A program made the position numbers and the translations under genes. From NCBI RefSeq assembly GCF_006345805.1, contig NC_042998.1, positions 51,026,001 through 51,090,000 on the forward strand: DNA of 64,000 nt, written 5' to 3'. Shown here in pieces: positions 39,203-52,712 of the stretch. The stretch comes from Octopus sinensis (lineage: Eukaryota). How positions within the stretch are numbered: the stretch's first letter is position 1; every line of letters begins with the position of its first letter. The notes beneath the pieces were generated by a model, which made no database searches, had not been told where the DNA came from, and worked only from the letters and a program-made list of their open reading frames with translations.

Positions 39203-39456
39203 CGGTGGTTCTCAACCACTGCCTATGAACCCCTTTGATTCCTAATTTAATTGGATCAACCCACCCCCACCCCCACCCCACCTCACAGCCATTTGAGGTT
39301 TAGGATATCCCTTTATATATTTTTATAATTAGAAAAAAAATTGTTAAAATATTCGGTGTATTGTCAAAATATAAGGAATTTATTGCATACAAATTTTAAC
39401 AAGAGAATCTTCTATGGACCCCCAAGGGCCATATGGACCCAGGCTGAGAACCTCTG
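39203..39456. mobile_element. Older hAT-type MITE
   Basis: cggtggttctcaacc / ggctgagaacctctg termini; degenerate 8-bp flanks. Confidence 0.55.
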
Positions 39457-41111
39457 CTTTCGATAATAGCATGAAGGAATTTTCTGAGATATTTTATGAA
39501 ATACAGTAATTTGCAATAGAATTCTTATTGAATTAATTTCGATCACTTTTAGTATTAAATAATTTAAGATTCGATATTTTTAATACATAAGTGCACTGAC
39601 TGTTAGTTTGAACATTTGGAGACCAAAGTACCTAAAACCATCTCTATTTTCTAAACTAAAAATTTTAATGCTCATATTTAAATTAATCTTCCATCATAAT
39701 TAATGTAAGAAGCTTTTGATAAATTTTGCTTCAAACATCAACTCAATAATGATAAAGTGAAGTTACTTTAATAAATTCTTTTAAATTCTGGATTTTTTTC
39801 AAAAAAGTAATTGAAATTAATTGAAACATTAATTGAAATATGATTACAAGAAACTTATTGCATTAAACTACTGACTTATGTTTGTAAGTTCAGTTAATAT
39901 CATTGTGATGTTTGGAGGTGGCAAGCTGGTAGAATCGTTAGCATGCTGGGAAAAATGCTTAGCAGCATTTTGTCTGTCTTCATGTTCTCGGTTCAAGTTC
40001 TACCAAGGTTGACTTTGCCTTTCACCCTTCTGGGGTCAATAAAATAAGTACCAGTTTAGCACTGGCATTGATGTAATCGACTTAGCTGCTCCCCTGAAAT
40101 TGCTGGCCTTGTGCCAAAAGTTGAAATGAATATCATCGTGTTGTTTGAACAAGGCACATAACTAACTTTGCTTGCTTTAGTCTTACAAGAATGATCCAAA
40201 TGGCAAAAAGTAAAACAAAAAAGAAAGATATAAAAATTACAAAAATATGGTTTTTCTCCCTACTTTCCAACTAAATAGGTATAGCACTAGGAAATGTATC
40301 CAGATGTAAACTATACAAGCAATCATTTTAACAGCTAAAATCATCCAAGCTATGCAAACATGAATGCGAGAACAGATGTCAAGTGGTTGTTTGCAACAAC
40401 CGTGAATCACTGTTTTCTGTATCGACAGGCAAGAAATTCTCATCAAGACATAGTCAAGAGGGCACTGAAAAGTTCCTGGCTTTAAGGATATTGTGAAAGG
40501 CCAACTTCCTGAGGTCTTTTACAGGTCTTAGAAAAACTGAAGGAATATGTTGGATAAAATCATAATTAACTCATTCTCCAGTATTTTCTTTTAGACAAAG
40601 CCAAGAAGTTTTCAGACCCCCCCACCACCTCATGTGTGCATGTGCGCATGTGTGTGTGTGTATATATAAATACACATACATATGCATATAAATATGTAAA
40701 ATATTTACACACATATAATATATATAAACATACACACACATATACACAATACATATATGCATGTGTGTGTGTGATAGAAAACAGAAGGATGGAGAGAAAG
40801 AGAGGAAGAGAGGAAGAGACAGAGAAATAATTTGCAAGGACTTAGCTGATTGACATTTGGTTGGAATTGAAACACTCGCCTCTTCTTACCAGGCAAACAT
40901 CCTCCATTCATATTACATTAATAAAATATACTAAATTACAAAAATTACCATTTTAGTTCTGATACTGACTTGGTCCTCAAGCTGAAAAATTCCTGGCTTT
41001 CAGGTTATTGCAAAAGGTCTGTTTTGGAGGCCCAACCTTCCGAATTCTTTTGCAGGGTTTAGAGAAACTGAACGACTGCTGCAATAAGTGTGTGAATCTG
41101 AGAGGGGAATA

Positions 41112-41507
41112 TCTTTATATATAAAAGTAAGGTTGTGTGTCTGTCTCCTACGATTTAGATTCCTAACTACTCCCACATTTTGCAGCGCAGTTTAACCAAA
41201 ACCGGGTATCTTGTAGTCGTGATTCATATCGAGCCCTTCTGGGTATTAGTGCGCGTCTACGATAAGTCTATGATTTAAAAAAATTTACCATAATTTTTTT
41301 CCATTTTAATGCATTTTTTCGCTATTATATAAGGGAAGTAACTCTCTAAAAATGTCTACGATGAGTCAACGATTTTTAAAAAAATTTACAATCATTTTTT
41401 TCCCATTTTTAATGCATTTTTTTGCTATTTTTTGGCTATAACTCTCTAAAAATGCTTATATAGTTATTTCCCTTACAAACCCGAGCAATGCCAGGCAATA
41501 CTGCTAG
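41112..41507 (+). mobile_element. Non-autonomous Helitron inserted in a mariner-type MITE
   Basis: A|TC start, 3' hairpin ccgagcaatgccagg then CTAG|T, no TSD. Removing it restores gaggggaata-tgttgaataaaatc, similar to the copy at about 40540. Confidence 0.85.
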
Positions 41508-41870
41508 TGTTGAATAAAATCATAATTAACTGATCCACCTGTATCTTCTTTTACCCAAAGACAGGAACTTTTCAACATCCCCTCATGGCTGGCTGTGAGT
41601 ATGTGTCATTTAAAATGGTCCAAAAGGGCTAAAATGTATCTGACATGCTCGCTGGCCACTGCTGGGGTGATTTTTTTTCATCTCCCTTCAATATATATTT
41701 TGCTTTTAAACACAGCACATTCATAAGAGATGTTATCTCTGAATGAATAACCACAGTGAATGGCTTATCAATGGTGTATATATATTAAGTATGACACACA
41801 AATGTAAAATGCAGACATGTCAGCATAGAAGAATGGATGTAAAATGAATAAAAACAAAATTATATATCGA

Positions 41871-42250
41871 CGAGCAAAATGTCCCCCGTCCAATGGACGG
41901 TGCTGAGTTGTCAAACATTTAAACCAAATTTTCTCAAAACAACTTGTCCAACTGTCCCATAGGCCACCCCTATGAGAAACACTGATTTAACCTAAATTTG
42001 AGACACCAGCAAAAGAAGAAATAAAGATAGACTGTTTTTCTATTCCATAGAAAAACGATTTTACAAATGCATGTTCCCACGGCTTTATCGATCGCATTCT
42101 CACCTGGAATCGATTTTTGTAATTTTTTCAAGACTTATACACGCCCTGATACCGTCAGTATCTACATATCAAATTTGAGTGCAATCGGATGGAGGATGCC
42201 CGAGATCCTAGAAGACACACAGACAGACAGAACGGATTTTATATAAGAGA
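41871..42250 (-). mobile_element. Second non-autonomous Helitron (different family)
   Basis: Minus strand: A|TCTCTTATATAAAA start; subterminal hairpin ccgtcc-att-ggacgg; ends CTCG|T (decayed CTAG). Confidence 0.65.
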
Positions 42251-43507
42251 TAAGCAACATCATAATTCAAGTTAATGGTTGGTGTAATATATATTGGATG
42301 ATGCATATGTGAGTGAAACTGTCTGTTGTCAAGGTGTTTGTGGAGATGAAGTGAACCAGAAGGAAAGGGTCAGTGATGTCAATGGTTGAGGGGGCCTCAC
42401 TGGAAGAGGAGTGAGCAAGGTCAAATAGGTTGAAGTAGGACCAGTATGGGCCTCTTTAGCCTCAGGCAGAGAGAGCAGATGGATGCATGTAGATATATAA
42501 GCTAAAGAGGGAATTTGCCATAGGTACTAGCAATAGGTTAGACAGGTAGGGCACATCTTAGACTTAACCCAGCTGGACAGTCAACACCAAAAGGGAACCT
42601 GAGAGGTAAATGAATCGCACTTTGTTCATCATATTAGTGTTCATTTCCGTGAATGTCTAACTAATGTTTGTAATAACAACCAAACACTCTTCAAATCTAA
42701 AGCTAAGCCCTCAAGGCAACACTGGCTGAATTGATAACATGCTGGGTAAAATCCAGAGTGGCATTTCGTTCATCTTTACATTCCGAGTTCAAATTCCATT
42801 GAAGTCAACTTTGTCTTTCATCTTTTTGGGATCAACAAAATAAATACCAGTTGAGCACTGGGGTTCAATGTAATTAACTTGCCCCCTCCTCCAAACTTGC
42901 TGGTTCAATTTGAATTCATTATTGCTTGCCCTACACATTTTGAGTGCAGAAAGAAACCCCTCAACTTTACAGAAAAAGCAACTTCCATTCTTCTAATCAA
43001 ATGACCTGTCACCCTGCCTTTAACATGCTTATTGTCTGGTAACCTCTATATTCTGTCTGCCTCTCTCTTTTTCTCTCACTCTCTCTGACACATCAGCTCT
43101 ATTTATTTCACTCTCTAACTCTCTCTCCATTCTTTCCCAACTGGGGTGTCCTTGTATCTCTTCTATGGTAAGACACTTATCTCTTTACATTGTAATCTCT
43201 CAACTCGTACAAAGCCACCCACCCCCTCGATACTACTCTCCCTTCTCAGATGCAGGGTTTTTCTCTTGCAATGTACTTGATGACCCTGTCAGTGATGGTA
43301 CCACATGAAAAGCACCAGTGTTGGTTCCACATAAGAAGCACTGGTTCTGGCACCACCTAAGAAGCACCGAGTACACTCTGTAAAGTGACTGGTGTTAAGA
43401 AAGGCATCCAGCTCTAAAAAGCAAGTCAAAACAAGACAATAGAGCCTGGTGCAGCTCCCAGCCTTGCCAGCTCTTGTCAAGCCATCCAACCCATGCCAGC
43501 ACACATG

Positions 43508-43742
43508 AAGGCGGCGAACTGGCAGAAACGTTAGCAAGTCGGGCGAAATGCTTAGCAGTATTTCGGCTGCCGTTACGTTGTGAGTTCAAATTCTGCCGAG
43601 GTCGACTTTGCCTTTCATCCTTTCGGGGGTCGATAAATTAAGTACCAGTTACGCACTGGGGTCGATGTAATCGACTTAATACCTATGTCTGTCCTTGTTT
43701 GTCCCCTCTGTGTTTAGCCCCTTGTGGGTAATAAAGAAATAG
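43508..43742 (+). mobile_element. SINE family B copy, young (CpGs retained)
   Basis: Full unit. Confidence 0.85.
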
Positions 43743-43756
43743 GATGTTAAATGATA

Positions 43757-43787
<31 letters not shown>

Positions 43788-44476
43788 CGACGACGACGAT
43801 GACACACACATAAAAGTTGTTTTTTCTTTCCCCCTTTCTTCCCTTGACCTACTCCTACCCTCACTTTCGATGTTCAGATTTGTCTCTCTGTGTTTTGTAA
43901 CCATCCTTCAGTGGTCTTCCCTTCTGATCTTCTCTCTCTACTTCATTCTACCAAAATTACAAGGAGTTCATGTTGATTATCCCCCCACCACACACACACA
44001 CACACACACTAGTACTCTAGCCCAACACCATTACCACCACACATGCAGTCTTCCCTTCTTCTTTTATTCTTCACTATTTTTCTCCTCTTGGCTCCCCTCC
44101 CTCTCCCTCTCCTCCCCCCTCTCTCTCTTTGTCTCTTTCTTTTACACACACACACACACACCACTCAATATATATTTATTCAGAACTATGAGGAAACACA
44201 GTTGTATTACAAAGAGTTCAGCTCACAAAGATAGACATATTCTCTTTCTCACAGCAAACCAATTTATTACTCTTTTATAATCACTAATTGCTGACACAGA
44301 CCACCAGTAGTTTTCTCAGATCCTACTGTTTACCTTATATGTATTATTGATTAGTTTCCAGAATGATTTTTCTCATTTTATATCATCATCATTTTTTTTA
44401 ATTATTTTATTTTCATTTTCGTTTTGTTTTCCAGATTTATATATATTTTATGCATCTCTCTCTCTCTCTCTCTCTA

Positions 44477-44520
<44 letters not shown>

Positions 44521-44528
44521 CTTCAAAG

Positions 44529-44612
<84 letters not shown>

Positions 44613-44946
44613 TATTTCAGTTCTTCAAAGATCTATTTTTTTCTTTTTCATTTTTATTTCAGATTCATTATTTACGTATGCTGTTTTTAAAATTGTATTT
44701 ACATTGGTAATTGTGTTTGTATTGGGTGAATTATTTTCTCTTACAATATTCATATTTATTGTTTCTAACTGTATTCACTCAAAATTTCTAAATTTCCTTA
44801 CAGAATGATGATGGTGGTGGTGGTGGTGGTGGTGATGGTGGAGGTGGTTTTGGTGGTGCCAATAATGATGATGGTGGCGGTAGTGGTGATGGTGATGGTG
44901 GAGGTGGTTTTGGTGGTGCCAATGATGATGATGGTGGCGGTAGAGG

Positions 44947-44990
<44 letters not shown>

Positions 44991-46291
44991 GTGATGATGT
45001 TGACGAAGATGATGATGATGATGACTGATGTTGATGATGATATTTATTCCCATTCCAGCCCTGACACAAAGATACCATCAGAAATAATTAGACTCAAAAG
45101 TCCATTTTTTTATCAAAAATTTTAAAGATTCCACAATATGATATGAGAAAGGTTAACCTGCTATTTCTAGCAGATCAAGCAACCATATTAGCAGCTCTAT
45201 CACTGATTCATCTTTATAACAAATTTTTCAAGTTGTTCCACGTAGCTGCTCTCCAGCCATTTAACAAAATTTTAACTATTCCGGTGAATCTGCAGACTTC
45301 TTTTTATCTTTTTAGTCCTATTTTTCATTTTCTTCCTTATGCATTTCCTTAAGAGACGCATATTCATCATTTTTATTATTGATCAGCGTACAAGATTGAA
45401 TGGTTAATTGATTGAGAACATCAGATAATTTGTTATTCCATCTAATGTCTTTGATTTCTTTTTCATAAAATAGCATTGATCAATTTTACCATAATATCAA
45501 ACTGTGTTTCTAGTATGAACAAAGTTCTTTGTACTCAGAAAATGTCAGTTATTGAGAAGGATTATATGATATATGTGTGCTAATATTTCTTGATATGCTT
45601 CGATCAAATGAAATTCTCACCAAACAGACCCATTATATGTAAAATATGCATGGCACAGAAACACACAGAGTTGCAGATACATATTTTGAAAAAATGTTAA
45701 TAGTTGTGAAGCAATTTCATTAGCCAGAAAATACAGATGTAGATAGAGAGGTTGTCAATAATAATCACATTTACACACTTAAGTACTTGTAAATTTTTAC
45801 ATCAGATTTTATGATTATTGATTTCTTAATTAAGCATAAAGTTTCTAGCATATAAACTTAAGCATAAGATTATAATTTTCCATATTATTAACCTCATATT
45901 TAGAGTGTATATTGTTCAATGAATGAACACAGTATTGCTGAAAGTAGCAGATAGATAAAGAGAGAGAAAGCAGGGAGGAAGATAAAGAGGGAAATACAGA
46001 GACTGATGAGAATTGAGCCTGTGATGGCTATTTGAAAAGAAATGGGATGAAATAGTTGGGTCATGTGCTGGGGAATGTTGAAGCTGACTGGATGAGGAGA
46101 GTAACAGAAATTGTTTCTAACTGTGGTGGTGGTGATGATGGAGGTGGTTTTGGTGGTGCCAATAATGATGATGGTGGCAGTAGTGGTGATGGTGATAGTG
46201 GAGGTGGTTTTGGTGGTGCCAATGATGATGATGGTGGTGGTGGTAGTGGTGATGGTAAATATGATGACGAATATAAGGATGGTGGTTGTGG

Positions 46292-46347
<56 letters not shown>

Positions 46348-46540
46348 TGATGATGTTGACGAAGATGATGATGATGATGACTGAGGGCAAGAAAGTCGGT
46401 GAGAAAGGATACAGAGGTTAGGGCAAAAGGGAGAAGACTGTCAGGAAGCTGGTAAATCAAATAACAGCTTTAGCAGAGAAAATGGCGCTAAAGCATTTAT
46501 TGTATGTTATATTTTGATTGGGTTTGTTCTTCTATCATCA

Positions 46541-46705
46541 GGAGTGGCTGTGTGGTAAGTAGTTTGCTTACCAACCACATGGTTCCGGGTTCAGTCCCAC
46601 TGCGTGGCACCTTGAGCAAGTGTCTTCTACTATAGCCTCGGGCCGACCAAAGCCTTGTAAGTGGATTTGGTAGACGGAAACTGAAAGAAGCCCATCGTAT
46701 ATATG

Positions 46706-46758
<53 letters not shown>

Positions 46759-46998
46759 ATGTGTGTGTGTGTGTATACGTTTGTGTGTCTGTGTTTGTCC
46801 TCCCAACATTGCTTGACAACCGATGCTGGTGTGTTTACGTCCCCGTAACTTAGTGGTTCAGCAAAAGAGACAGATAGAATAAGTACTAGGCTTACAAAGA
46901 ATAAGTCCTGGGGTCGATTTGCTCGACTAAAGGCGGTGCTCCAGCATGGCCTCAGCCAAATGACTGAAAGAAGTAAAAGAGTAAAGAGTAAAGAGTAA
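46541..46998 (+). mobile_element. tRNA-derived SINE family A, full length, with internal (TA)/(TG) tract
   Basis: A box TGGCTGTGTGG, B box GGTTCAGTCCC, (GAGTAAA)n tail. Source of the recurring MPKVP..GTEP.TMW ORFs. Confidence 0.9.
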
Positions 46999-48410
46999 GT
47001 GGTTCATTTCTGGATAGATGCATAATATAGTTCACAGATTAATTTGAACAAGGAGCTATTATTTCTAAAATAAGGGTTATACCATGTTTTTCCATTAGGT
47101 TATTGGTGCATGTACTTTGTATTTGGACATATCGGTTATAGCCACAGGTATACGTATGTGTATGTATATATCTGCCATATACAAACTCACAAGCTTAGAG
47201 CAGGTGACCAAGTCTCATCATTTTAACTGTTATTTATACTGTTTTAAGTATTTATGTATGTGCATAGGTCTGAGTTCTTATGGATATTGTTTAACCACAG
47301 TTCAAATCTGATGCAGCAAACCTATGATCAAGGGCATTCTAAGCATGATCATTTTGCCTTATTCACATGCACAGTGCACATAGAACAATATTACCTGATG
47401 TATCCTTCTTTTCTAAGATGTCAGGGTGGGTGTTAAATGTCATTTAGCTGCTCTTTTTAACCGTCTGAGTGACTGCATAAGGTCTTCCCTCATATGTATA
47501 TATATATATATATATATATGACAGGCTTCAGTCAGTTTTTGTCAACCAACTATATTTACAAGGCTTTAGTTGATCCAGGGATATTGTAGCAGGTACTCAC
47601 CCAAGACACCATGCAGTGGAACTGAACTTGAAAGCATGTGGTTGGAGAGCAAACTTCTAAACTACACACCCACACATGTGCCCACACTTGTGCCATTGGT
47701 AAATAAAATATTTGCCAAACCAATAGCTAGCATGCTGCACTTTTATCAGCCTAGTATCGTCATTTCTTAGAGGACAGCCACATTAAAGTGGCCATAGGCA
47801 ATACTTTTTGGTTCATATATTGTTTCTATATCAAACAGGGATTTTCTAACAGACAAATTTCCTAGTTACAAAATCAGTGATTGTATGACCCTGTGCTTTC
47901 TATATATTGCAAGTGAGGTAAACTGCTGCCATGTCTGGCAGTACCCACTACTGAAGAGATCCAATACAGATTGAAACCATGTGGGCTTGAATCTAGAGTG
48001 GTAGGTGTTATATCCTGCTTGCAATAGATATCAGGTACGAGAAGCACACTGAATAAACCAGCTGGAGGAGATGTCTTCCTCGGGTTAAATGGCAGTATTG
48101 TCGTCTCTTAGATGACAGCCACATTAAAGTGGCCATAAATGATATAGTGTGTTCAGTATTTTAGGTAAATGGATTAAATACAAGAGGAAGAAGACACACA
48201 GAAAGTTATGGTGTGAAAACCTGCTACTTTCTGTCTCATGGAGACTCATCATCAGACCTCATGTTGAAAATGCTTATAACTTACACATATCAAGTAGAAC
48301 AGAAATGTGTGAGAGACAAAAACAAATATGAGAAAAATAAAACAAAAATGAAGAGAATTAAGACTTCAGCAGGAAGAGAGACAGAGAAAAGGAAAGTGTG
48401 AGAAAGGAAA

Positions 48411-48445
<35 letters not shown>

Positions 48446-48956
48446 CTAAATAAACAGAAACTCCACCAAAGTCTGTTGGCTGATAATGATTAATTAAAAA
48501 TCCAGTCAAGACTAAAGTACTTTATTGATGCCATATAGTCAAACAGAAATAAATAATTTAGCATGTTGTACAGGTCTAACGATCAATAGACATCTTCTGT
48601 TTAAATGAGAGAGTAATACGAGGATGTGAAGTGCAAGAGAAAGAAAGAAGGAAAGAGAGAGAGAGTGATTCGTTTGGAGCTAATGATTCCCTCAGTTGCT
48701 ACTCTGACTTTCCTGCTCCTGTGCATTTGTTCAGATGACAAAGAGACAAATGCATTTACAGCCATTCGGTAATATCTTTGACAAGAGCAAGAATGCACAA
48801 AAGCCAAAGTCTGAAGAAAGCCAAAGTCTGAGTCATCACCTACAAATAAATATATGAACTACATACATTTTAATACATTTTCTTGCATTTATACAAACAC
48901 ACATGAACATACATATACACACACATACATATACATGCATTCATAGCACACTGCCA

Positions 48957-49295
48957 AAATACCAATCTTGAGAAATTAGGCTTCTCAAAATCAGAAAATA
49001 GAAATCTGATTTGAAGACTGTAGATCCAATCCATCACTGGAACTGTAAAAATCTTTAAAACTTTCCTGAAGTTTATCATTTAAGTATATATGAGCATGTC
49101 TAGTCATGCAACTGTATGCTTGAGAGTACATGCATAAAACAAAACATACAAAACTGCACATATACGTGCATAGAAAATACCCTGTTTTTGATACTGAAAT
49201 CCCAATGAAGGAGCCTTGGATGTAAATAGAAACGGGCTCTTTGTTAATTAGCATATAATCTTGAAATAAAATTGGATAATGACATACATGCATAA
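48957..49295. repeat. Interspersed repeat, second copy at 58379-58765
   Basis: tcttgagaaattaggcttctcaaaa...ccaatgaaggagccttggat shared; frames not conserved. Confidence 0.75.
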
Positions 49296-50090
49296 ATACA
49301 TGCATGCATACAACATGCATACATGCATGCATGCATACATGCATGCATGCATACATACATACATACATACATACATACATACATACATACATACATACAT
49401 ACATACATACATACTACATACATACATACGTAAGTGAGAGTGTGTGGCCTAGTGTTACATTTCTGATTGCGAGATTGAGGTTTCCTGGACTGAGTAGTGC
49501 ATTGAGTTCTGGATCAAAACACTTCATCTCATGTTGCTGTGATCTCTTTGACAACTGATGTGTGACTCTCCATGCATCTGTAGAGCAAAGGTGATTTAAT
49601 GGAGGGAGGGAGCTAATGTACAGCATAAATATTTGATCACTATAAACAAATCATCTATGCAAATTGTTCAACAAGAAATTGCAGACCTTGAATTTGTTGC
49701 AAATGACAGGTGAATCACAGCAGAGCTTTCCATCCTCTTAGTTAGAAAAATTGGCTGCAACTGATGAGGAACCCTGGAACATGGGAACTTCTTATGTGAG
49801 CCAGAAGTAATAAGTGAGAGAAACTGAGTGAGTGAAGTAGAAGTAAAGAGGAATGGAGTGAGGAGAAGCAGGTGAAGGTGAGAGTGAGGTGATGAGAAAA
49901 GATGAGAGAGGAGAGGGGAGTTGAAGGATAAGAAAAGAGTTACTGAACTAACTGGAGATGTAGTTGTGGAAGGCAAAACTTTCATTTAACCCTTTAGCAT
50001 TCAAATTATTCTTTCAAATGTAATGCTTTTCATTCAAATTGTTTTGAATCCATCATGCATTATCTTGCAGATTTGAGATCTCAATGATGT

Positions 50091-50322
50091 ACTCTTTACT
50101 CTTTTACTCTTTTACTTGTTTCAGTCATTTGACTGTGGCCATGCTGGAGCACTGCCTTTAGTCGAGCAAATCAACCCCAGGACTTATTCTTTGCAAGCAT
50201 AGTACTTATTCTATCAGTCTCTGTTGCTGAACCACTAAGTTATGGGGATGCAAACACACCAGCATCAGTTGTCAAGTGATGTTTGGGGAAGACAAACACA
50301 GACACACAAATATATACACACA

Positions 50323-50370
<48 letters not shown>

Positions 50371-50529
50371 TATACAACGGGCTTCTTTCAGTTTCTGTCT
50401 ACCAAATTCACTCATAAGGCTTTGGTCGGCCCCAGGCTATAGTAGAAGACACTTGCCAAGGTGCCACACAGTGGGATTGAATCCGGAACCATGTGGTTGG
50501 TAAGCAAGCTACATACCACACAGCCATCC
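50091..50529 (-). mobile_element. SINE family A copy nested in a piggyBac-like MITE
   Basis: Reverse complement of family A; MITE halves on both sides. Confidence 0.85.
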
Positions 50530-50973
50530 CTATGGATAGAATGATATAGTAGGGTAGGTGTGAGAGGCCAGATCTGGTCAGTTTAAACATAGAACAGGTA
50601 GAAAATTAGGGCCTAACAAGGCCAGTTTAAATGTTAAGTGCTAAATAATAATATGTCAGTGACATATTATCAAGTTCAGATATGAAGACAAGTGTGTACC
50701 CTTGTCTTGACATCACATGATAATCTCAAATGTTTGTCCCCATCATACATGCAATGTTGTTCATTTTCAGTTTTCCTTGACAAAATAATTATCACCCCAC
50801 ATCACTGCCTTACCCTCACGCGTTAAAGACATCAGCCATATTCCAAACCTCTTCCACTCATTCTCTTTTCCACCTGGAGACTCCAAATTTGTTTTGAACA
50901 TAGCTGGTTGGGCACTCTGTCAGTTAGGATGACAAGTGTTCCAGTTGATTTGATCAATGGAATAGCCTGCTCA

Positions 50974-51201
50974 TTAACCTTTTCGTTACCAGCCTGGCTG
51001 AAACCAGCTCTGGCTCTGAGTACAAATATCTTGTTTTCATAAGCTCTGAATTAAGATCTTCTACCAAACCCTAGTCACAATTTATGTTCCTAACACTAGC
51101 TTAATGATATCTAAGTTATTTTAATTAATTCTGTGTTATATTTAAAATAATTGAAAGAAACACAGATCATTTCAAAATAAATATGGTAACGAAAGGGTTA
51201 A
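50974..51201 (-). mobile_element. piggyBac-like MITE, family 1 (inverted copy)
   Basis: TTAA flanks; reverse complement of 29352-29582. Confidence 0.75.
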
Positions 51202-51644
51202 ATTAACATACAGATAGCTAAGAACTCTAGAGACAAACATATACTTTACGTAGTGCTCAGGGAGATTCAGCATAAAACATCCAATGTGACAAGGCTGGCT
51301 ATTTGAATTACAGCTTCGACCCATTCCTGCTAGCTGAATGAACTGGAGCAACATGAAATAAAGTACCTTGCTCAAGAATAAAATGTGCCACTAGTAATCA
51401 AACCCATGACTTTACGATGGTGGACCAAATACACTAACCACTAAGCCATGCACTTTTGCTTTCACCATGGACATGAAATCACTCTAAACCATCATCCCCC
51501 ACAATAGCGTAACAGCTCTTAAGCACTTCCTAGACCATTCCCCTCCCCCAAATTGTACCCAGAACCGTATCACTCCTCTGCTTAACCAAGCTCATCTTAA
51601 ACTTTGATTGTTTTTCTTTCTCTGAAAGAATTTTACAAATAAGT

Positions 51645-52050
51645 GCCAGTGGCACGTAAAAAGCACCATTCAAACATGATTGTTATTAGTGTCGCCTTAC
51701 TGGCACTTGTGCCGGTGGCATGTGAAAAACATTCGAGCGAAGTCATTGCCAGTGCTGCTGGACTGGCTCCTGTGCAGGTGGCATGTAAAAAACACCACTT
51801 GAGCATGGCCGTTGCCAGTACCGCCTGACTGGCCCTCATGCCGGTGGCACATAAAAGTACCCACTGCACTCTCAGAGTGGTTGGCGTTAGGAAGGGCATC
51901 CAGCTCTAGAAACTCTGCCAGATCAGACTGGAGCCTGGTGCAGCCATCTGGTGCAGCCATCTGGTTTGCCAGTCCTCAGTCAAATCGTCCAACCCATGCT
52001 AGCATGAAAAGCGGACATTAAACAATGATGATGACGATAATGATGATGAT
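51645..52050 (+). mobile_element. SINE family C copy (others at about 5150, 12240, 26755, 29722, 37220, 43290, 53455)
   Basis: gtggcacgtaaaaagcacc...aggaagggcatccagc...catgctagcatg...gatgatgat. Confidence 0.85.
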
Positions 52051-52061
52051 GTAGAAGTCAG

Positions 52062-52190
52062 CAGGGGTCACTATGTGAACTAGAATGGGCCGCAATTATG
52101 CTAACCTTTTCATAGTAGGCCACACTAAACAGTTTATCTTTGCTCTCTTCATTAGATCCATCGTTGAGGAGGAGACCTTTCTAAAAATTC
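52062..52190 (+). mobile_element. Decayed Penelope-like RT fragment
   Basis: GVTM*TRMGRNYANLFI resembles the PLE RT motif G.AMGT.MGP.YANLF. Confidence 0.45.
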
Positions 52191-52592
52191 TGCTTGTTGG
52201 AAGACAGCAGTGAACTGTAATTGATGGTTAAGAACCACTGATCTAAATGATGGCATTAATTACATTCTTATATGATAAAACTTAAGCAATATACTGAGAA
52301 CGGAAATCAATTGATTACCATGGGTAAGAAAAGAACCATTTGAAATATATGCATCACAAGACAGAAAATGTAAATAGCCTCATGTATAATTACGAAAACG
52401 AATGAAAACTGCAAGATCTTACATCTTGGCTCTGCATAAGAATGTCTTCTTTCCTAATACCACTTCTATATCAAATGATTAACTTCAAAGACACAATTTC
52501 TGATTTCGTTCGACAATCAATTTTAAGGTGGGCGAATAAAACTTTACTATTCAAATGATCAAATTCTCATAGTCTTATCTAATTTAAATATG

Positions 52593-52677
<85 letters not shown>

Positions 52678-52678
52678 T

Positions 52679-52711
<33 letters not shown>

Positions 52712-52712
<1 letters not shown>

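Noticed and set aside
46541-46620. tRNA gene
   Set aside because: A/B boxes are present but there is no cloverleaf; these are SINE heads. No true tRNA or rRNA genes were seen in the window.
47099-47147. Plus-strand 49-nt exon candidate (VIGACTLYLDISVIATG)
   Set aside because: Splice signals are fair but there is no recognisable homology or partner exons; such hits are expected by chance in 64 kb.
48991-49404. 137-aa ORF
   Set aside because: The frame is not conserved in the second copy at 58379-58765.
50814-50873. Minus-strand 60-nt phase 1-1 exon candidate
   Set aside because: Abuts interspersed repeats and may itself be repeat-derived.
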